A DNA stretch of 64,000 nt, taken from an uncultured virus (IMG/VR IMGVR_UViG_3300038314_001498). Lineage: Duplodnaviria > Heunggongvirae > Uroviricota > Caudoviricetes > Crassvirales. The translations under genes and the position numbers were made by a program. This document shows, piece after piece, positions 59,538 through 64,000 of the stretch. Each line of letters starts with the position of its first letter. Within the stretch, counting starts at the first letter, position 1. The DNA is taken from IMG/VR virus record IMGVR_UViG_3300038314_001498; one strand, 5' to 3'. Below the pieces are notes generated by a model. It was not told where the DNA came from and did no database searches. It saw only the letters and a list, made by a program, of their open reading frames with translations.

Positions 59538-61745
59538 CTATACGGCTTTACTATAATTACCACTATTGTCATAGGTAGTAAATGGGTTTCTTTTTTTCTT
59601 GGTTTCGTTATTTTGTTTAATGACGCGTTTTTGATTGCCTAAAGCAGCTAAACTACTAGAGATATAAGCATCATATTTTGTTCTGTCGTTAAGGTCTACA
59701 TCTTTCCACTGACGTAATGTTCTGTTAAACACCATACTTCCCATAGTACCAATAGGACGTTTACGATTGTCTTTACTCACACCTACATGGTCGTCTATAT
59801 AAGCTTCAATAGCATAAAACTGTTGGTCGGCTATTTTACTGTTTTGTGGCGGTGCACCACCTAATTTCTTTTCGGTTGGGTTTAAGTCTTTATAAGGTTT
59901 AAATGGATTGTTCAAACTAAAATGCCTGTAACCTCTATCTCTTATGTATTGTAAAAACGCTTCGTTGGATAGCTCGGCAAGTACTGGAATAGAGTAGTAC
60001 ACCATTACCATAATCATTTCCTCAAAGAAATGTTTTACCTTACTTGGTCTGTCTATATACTCTAAAATATATTCCTCATTTGGTAAATCTGAGGTGTTAT
60101 ATTTGGTCTGTAAATGTATAGCACCTTTAGAACCTCTGCCATCAGCACCTACATCACGGTTATAAGGGTCAGCACCAAAACAACCAATATGATCTGCAAT
60201 TGGTGCCCAAGCTCTGATACCATACTGAAACTTCATTTCTTTTTTATTACGGTACTCTAATGGTGGATGACAACCTTTCTTAATCCAAAAACGTCCTTTT
60301 GGATCTGGCGACCAAATCACTTCAGTGTCTTGTACACCATCTTTCCATCTAAAGTTACCGCGTTCTATTTCTTTACTACCATATTTGTCGTGTTCCAGCT
60401 CTTCCTCGTTATGGTCTATTTGCTCTATTAACTTCGGTAGGTTAAAAGCACAATCATCACTTTCATCCCTAAAAGCTTCTTTTGGTGTACGTGGGAATTG
60501 GCGTAATTGCTCGTTATAATCTTCTGGCTCGTCTTTTAAGGATTCTAATTCTACATTAAGATAAGTACGTGATCCTGTTTTTACATAACGACCTTCATCA
60601 GTCATGATTGGTTTTTCTGGGTCTTCTACAATACTAAATCCATAAGTATCATATCGACCTTCTAATCCATATTCTGCAGATATAAATAACGAATATAACC
60701 CACTTGCGGTTTGCCCATTGGCATTGCGTTCTGTTGGATCAGATTGGTAAAATACCGTTTTAAATTCATCACCACCTTTTTTAAGTGAGTTTACTGTACT
60801 ACCAACCATAGCTTTACCAACAATACGTGTTCCTTGTCGGTGTGAGGTTCTAATAATACGCCAATACTTAGCAAATGGTACTTGCTTAGGAAACTTACCA
60901 CTTTCGTCCACAGCACTTCTAAACACCTTTTTACCACCATCCATAGAGTTGATTGCAGTTGTATAGTATCTAATGTAAGTATCTAACCCTTCATCTATAT
61001 CATCTCTGGATTTGTTGGTTTCTTTCATTATGATTCTACTCAAGGTCTTATCATCCCAACTTGGCTGAAAGAATGGTGGTAGTTTCTTAAACATAGAAAA
61101 TGCAATGTCAAACATCTCTTTTGCATCATCATTGGTTTTAGAAACAATACCTAGCTTTTTATCTTTGTGTGTTGTGCCAGAATAAATCAACTCAGCATCA
61201 CAGATACTAGACCAACCAAAACGTCTGTTCTTTACATAGCAAACACCGTAACATCGATAATCAGCTTTACAAGCTTCCCAATAGATCATTAACTCGTTTT
61301 GTATAATCCTAAAATTTGGATAGCCTTCGTCTAAGTGGCACCATTGGTAGAAATAATACGATAAACCAGTCATGTAAACCAATTCACCTTTTATAAAAAT
61401 CCAAACACCTTCTCGTCTACGTCGTATCTCTTCTTTGATATATTCTCGATACTCAGCATCGTATTGTGTTTTTGCAGTAAGGCCTTTTGGCAATTCGGCA
61501 CGTTTCCATCGTTGGTTCTTTTCGGTCTTATCCCAATTCAGAATATCTTTACGGTCTTCTGGTGGTTCTGGTAAACCAATATTGATACCATTAACATTAA
61601 ATATAGGGCCTAACGTACCATATTTAGAAATAATGATAGTATCGTATTCCTCGCAGTAACCATATTTCCAAGCTTTTTGTTGGTTTCTGTTTTTGCGAAT
61701 CTTATCATCAACGCGATCATCACTATGTCCTAAATAAAATATCAT
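59538..61745 (-). CDS. terL: terminase large subunit
   Basis: KNRRFGWS Walker A variant, VDESGK Walker B, GADPY and YDAYISS nuclease motifs. Confidence 0.9.
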   Translation of the reverse strand: MIFYLGHSDDRVDDKIRKNRNQQKAWKYGYCEEYDTIIISKYGTLGPIFNVNGINIGLPEPPEDRKDILNWDKTEKNQRWKRAELPKGLTAKTQYDAEYREYIKEEIRRRREGVWIFIKGELVYMTGLSYYFYQWCHLDEGYPNFRIIQNELMIYWEACKADYRCYGVCYVKNRRFGWSSICDAELIYSGTTHKDKKLGIVSKTNDDAKEMFDIAFSMFKKLPPFFQPSWDDKTLSRIIMKETNKSRDDIDEGLDTYIRYYTTAINSMDGGKKVFRSAVDESGKFPKQVPFAKYWRIIRTSHRQGTRIVGKAMVGSTVNSLKKGGDEFKTVFYQSDPTERNANGQTASGLYSLFISAEYGLEGRYDTYGFSIVEDPEKPIMTDEGRYVKTGSRTYLNVELESLKDEPEDYNEQLRQFPRTPKEAFRDESDDCAFNLPKLIEQIDHNEEELEHDKYGSKEIERGNFRWKDGVQDTEVIWSPDPKGRFWIKKGCHPPLEYRNKKEMKFQYGIRAWAPIADHIGCFGADPYNRDVGADGRGSKGAIHLQTKYNTSDLPNEEYILEYIDRPSKVKHFFEEMIMVMVYYSIPVLAELSNEAFLQYIRDRGYRHFSLNNPFKPYKDLNPTEKKLGGAPPQNSKIADQQFYAIEAYIDDHVGVSKDNRKRPIGTMGSMVFNRTLRQWKDVDLNDRTKYDAYISSSLAALGNQKRVIKQNNETKKKRNPFTTYDNSGNYSKAV

Positions 61746-62353
61746 CCTTCTGCGGCAAGTACAGCCCAGCTTTTTTGTTTATTGGTTTCTAAATCTTCGT
61801 TATTTAATTTGGCTTCTAACTGGTCTATAACACCCAATACCCATTGGTTGTCTTCAACGGCTTTTTCTCGTGCCTTAATGACGTTAGCATATTTATCTTC
61901 GCTTAAACCATCTGCTGGACCTAATTTTTTTAGAATACGCTTAGTAACATCTTTTCCAAACATTTGTTCTAGGTCTGGTTTTATAGTGTCTCTAAGGTTA
62001 TCGTCCAAGTCTTCTTCATCTACATCTATATCTACCACCTTAAGGTTAATGTCAAACATCTGCTTAAGATGCTCAATAAGCACTGGTAAGTTTTGGTTAA
62101 AGTAACTCTCATCACTTTCTATCTTTAGTTCTTGTTCTATCTTATCAATAGAATTCATACTATTAATAGCTAACTCAGCAGCCATACGTCTACCTTTAAG
62201 TACATTAAAAAACTTATCGCTACTCAAATCACGCTCTACGTCCTTGTTAACGATTTCTAGGTTTTTCTTTACCTGACTTTTTAGACTTGCTATTAAGTCT
62301 GGAAGACGTTGTTTGCTATATGTTAGTTTTTTAGTCATACTGCTTTTGCCCAA
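61742..62353 (-). CDS. putative terminase small subunit
   Basis: Helical protein directly upstream of terL, with an internal duplicated motif (LSSDKF.NV.K.R / LSEDKY.NV.K.R). Confidence 0.5.
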   Translation of the reverse strand: MGKSSMTKKLTYSKQRLPDLIASLKSQVKKNLEIVNKDVERDLSSDKFFNVLKGRRMAAELAINSMNSIDKIEQELKIESDESYFNQNLPVLIEHLKQMFDINLKVVDIDVDEEDLDDNLRDTIKPDLEQMFGKDVTKRILKKLGPADGLSEDKYANVIKAREKAVEDNQWVLGVIDQLEAKLNNEDLETNKQKSWAVLAAEG

Positions 62354-62937
62354 ATATCCTTAGTTCTCAACCATCTATACTCTTTACCATCAATCCAAAA
62401 CTTTACACCATCTAAGGTTGGGTCTTTTATAACCGCATCACCTTTAGTTACACCAAGTGCTTCGATGTCTTTGTTTGGATATAATAATCGTACACGTTCC
62501 TTTTCGTATTTAGGGCCTTGTGCGTTTTCTGGAATTATCAAACCACTAATAACTGGTGTGGTTTTGGTTTCAACCGGTTCTACTAATAAATTCTGTCCAA
62601 AGCCTTTCCACTCATCATCTTCATCTTTACGATACAACACAATCATATTTGGTGTAATACGAAACAACTTCTGAGACTTGTCTATGTAATGCGTATAGTC
62701 TTGCTTTACACCTTGGTAAATCTGTTTATAGAGTATGGTAGGTTCAAACATCACTTCATAACCTTCCTCAATTGGGCAATCCATAAATAATGGTACTGAT
62801 TTTACCTTGGCAACTCTATTGCTTAATCGGTCTACACTAAAATCTTGGTGTGCAAAAAGTTCTGTGCCGTTTTCGGTTTTAAAAGTCTCGTTTAAGGGTT
62901 TTGGCAACTCTATAATAAAATCGTGTAAGCTTTGCAT
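62335..62937 (-). CDS. GroES-like (co-chaperonin-like) phage protein
   Basis: LLVEP, SGLIIP, GDAV, IDGKEYRWLRTKDI. Confidence 0.6.
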   Translation of the reverse strand: MQSLHDFIIELPKPLNETFKTENGTELFAHQDFSVDRLSNRVAKVKSVPLFMDCPIEEGYEVMFEPTILYKQIYQGVKQDYTHYIDKSQKLFRITPNMIVLYRKDEDDEWKGFGQNLLVEPVETKTTPVISGLIIPENAQGPKYEKERVRLLYPNKDIEALGVTKGDAVIKDPTLDGVKFWIDGKEYRWLRTKDIWAKAV

Positions 62938-63016
62938 GTATAGATAAAATTTATTATTAAAACAAATTTAATAAATAAAATCTATAATAAAAGGCAATAC
63001 TTTAATTTTGAATATT

Positions 63017-63382
63017 TTAGTTAGATATTACTATACCAAGAACCAGACCTCCAACAACACCAAGACTGGTAGGTAATATCCAGTTGCTTTTCTTTTTACG
63101 AAGTGCTTTTACAGAGTCATCCAATTGTATTTGTAGTTTTTCGCGTTGTTGTTCAGATGTTTGCATACGCTTAAAATACTCTAAATTACTAATGATTAAA
63201 TCATTTAGAGATTTAAGTTGTAAATCATAAGCTACACGCAAACTATCGCACTTACGGCTTTCTTTTGCCATAGATTTTAACGCTTTTTTAGATATTGTAA
63301 TACTATCTGTTGCCTTCGTGTTTTGAGATGAAAGCGTTAAGCTCATCATCATTAGGATTAGAGTTATCAATAATTGCTTCAT
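63017..63382 (-). CDS. spanin-like lysis accessory protein
   Basis: Signal peptide, coiled coil and C-terminal TM; overlaps the upstream gene. Confidence 0.5.
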   Translation of the reverse strand: MKQLLITLILMMMSLTLSSQNTKATDSITISKKALKSMAKESRKCDSLRVAYDLQLKSLNDLIISNLEYFKRMQTSEQQREKLQIQLDDSVKALRKKKSNWILPTSLGVVGGLVLGIVISN

Positions 63383-63659
63383 CTTGCTTTAGTTTATCAT
63401 TTATGGCTTTAGATTGTTTTTTGGTACTGGTTGTTTTGGTTTGCTGTTTTTGGGTCAAGTCTTTAATACGTAAATTAAGAGCGTCTAAACTATCTTTTGC
63501 TACGTTGTATTGCTGCTCTACTTCTTTAAAGTACTTGTATTTATACACACCTTTTTGAATTGTAACTACTGAGCCATACACTAAAGCTACTGCAATAATC
63601 ACCAGGAATAGTTTTTCTAGTGTGGTGCGTTGTTTCCAAAAGAATAATAGTGTGCTCAT
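63303..63659 (-). CDS. i-spanin-like membrane protein
   Basis: N-terminal TM plus coiled coil, after the endolysin. Confidence 0.5.
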   Translation of the reverse strand: MSTLLFFWKQRTTLEKLFLVIIAVALVYGSVVTIQKGVYKYKYFKEVEQQYNVAKDSLDALNLRIKDLTQKQQTKTTSTKKQSKAINDKLKQDEAIIDNSNPNDDELNAFISKHEGNR

Positions 63660-63661
63660 TA

Positions 63662-64000
63662 TTATCGTTTTCTTTGAAAGTGTAGCACATCTACAAAGCC
63701 ATCCTTTATATCATTTTTATTCCAGTCACCACCCCAAACATTATCTGGATGCAAACTTTCCCAATAATCACCAAGCGGTTTTATAAGGTCAAAATCATAA
63801 GTAAGTTTTCCGTCTATAAAAAAATTAAAATCTATAGCTAAACGATCACCATGACTAGATAAAAGTGTATTGCTTAACTTTCTAGATTTTACTAATTTTA
63901 AGCCAAGGATTCCACCTTTTTTAACCTCATAACCAAAATAATTAAGCAACATCTGAGAGTTAGTTCTATGCGCTTCACCAAGCGTCAACTCAATGTTTAA
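63662..64000 (-). CDS. M15-family peptidase endolysin (5' end probably outside the window)
   Basis: SSH..RLAID, WGGDW, D..HF. Confidence 0.85.
   Translation of the reverse strand, partial: LNIELTLGEAHRTNSQMLLNYFGYEVKKGGILGLKLVKSRKLSNTLLSSHGDRLAIDFNFFIDGKLTYDFDLIKPLGDYWESLHPDNVWGGDWNKNDIKDGFVDVLHFQRKR

Noticed and set aside
22131..62937. Stop-codon reassignment as in some crAss-like phages
   Set aside because: Long structural genes are intact in the standard code; the single in-frame TAA at 35268 is not enough.

Overview
AT-rich 64 kb segment of a temperate, probably podovirus-type phage of a Bacteroidota (Flavobacteriaceae-like) host. It appears to be in excised form, because attP (a tRNA 3'-end core at 7618-7635) has arm-type repeats on both sides. 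Layout: putative genome-end/early region (1.5-4.7 kb); integrase and immunity region (5-10 kb); recombination/replication genes including a PD-(D/E)XK nuclease-FtsK fusion (10-18 kb); an IS1595-family element with passenger nucleases (18168-22086); virion genes on the minus strand (ejection proteins, tail, GH-A tailspike, capsid, portal, terminase, GroES-like protein, lysis). The standout feature is a 10.3 kb integron-like cassette array (32632-42886) directly upstream of a second, compact tyrosine recombinase (42924-43724). It has 18 complete attC-like AAC...GTT stem sites alternating with 18 GTT...AAC cassette bodies, nearly all with self-complementary ends. Unlike classical integrons, the attC loops reach about 600 bp and hold whole genes, promoters or gene 5' halves. 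Six ORFs read through the predicted crossover, so shuffling would create new N-/C-terminal fusion proteins. Two orphan units with the same grammar lie at 6945-7436 and 56237-57077. All calls come from reading the sequence by eye; no database searches were run.
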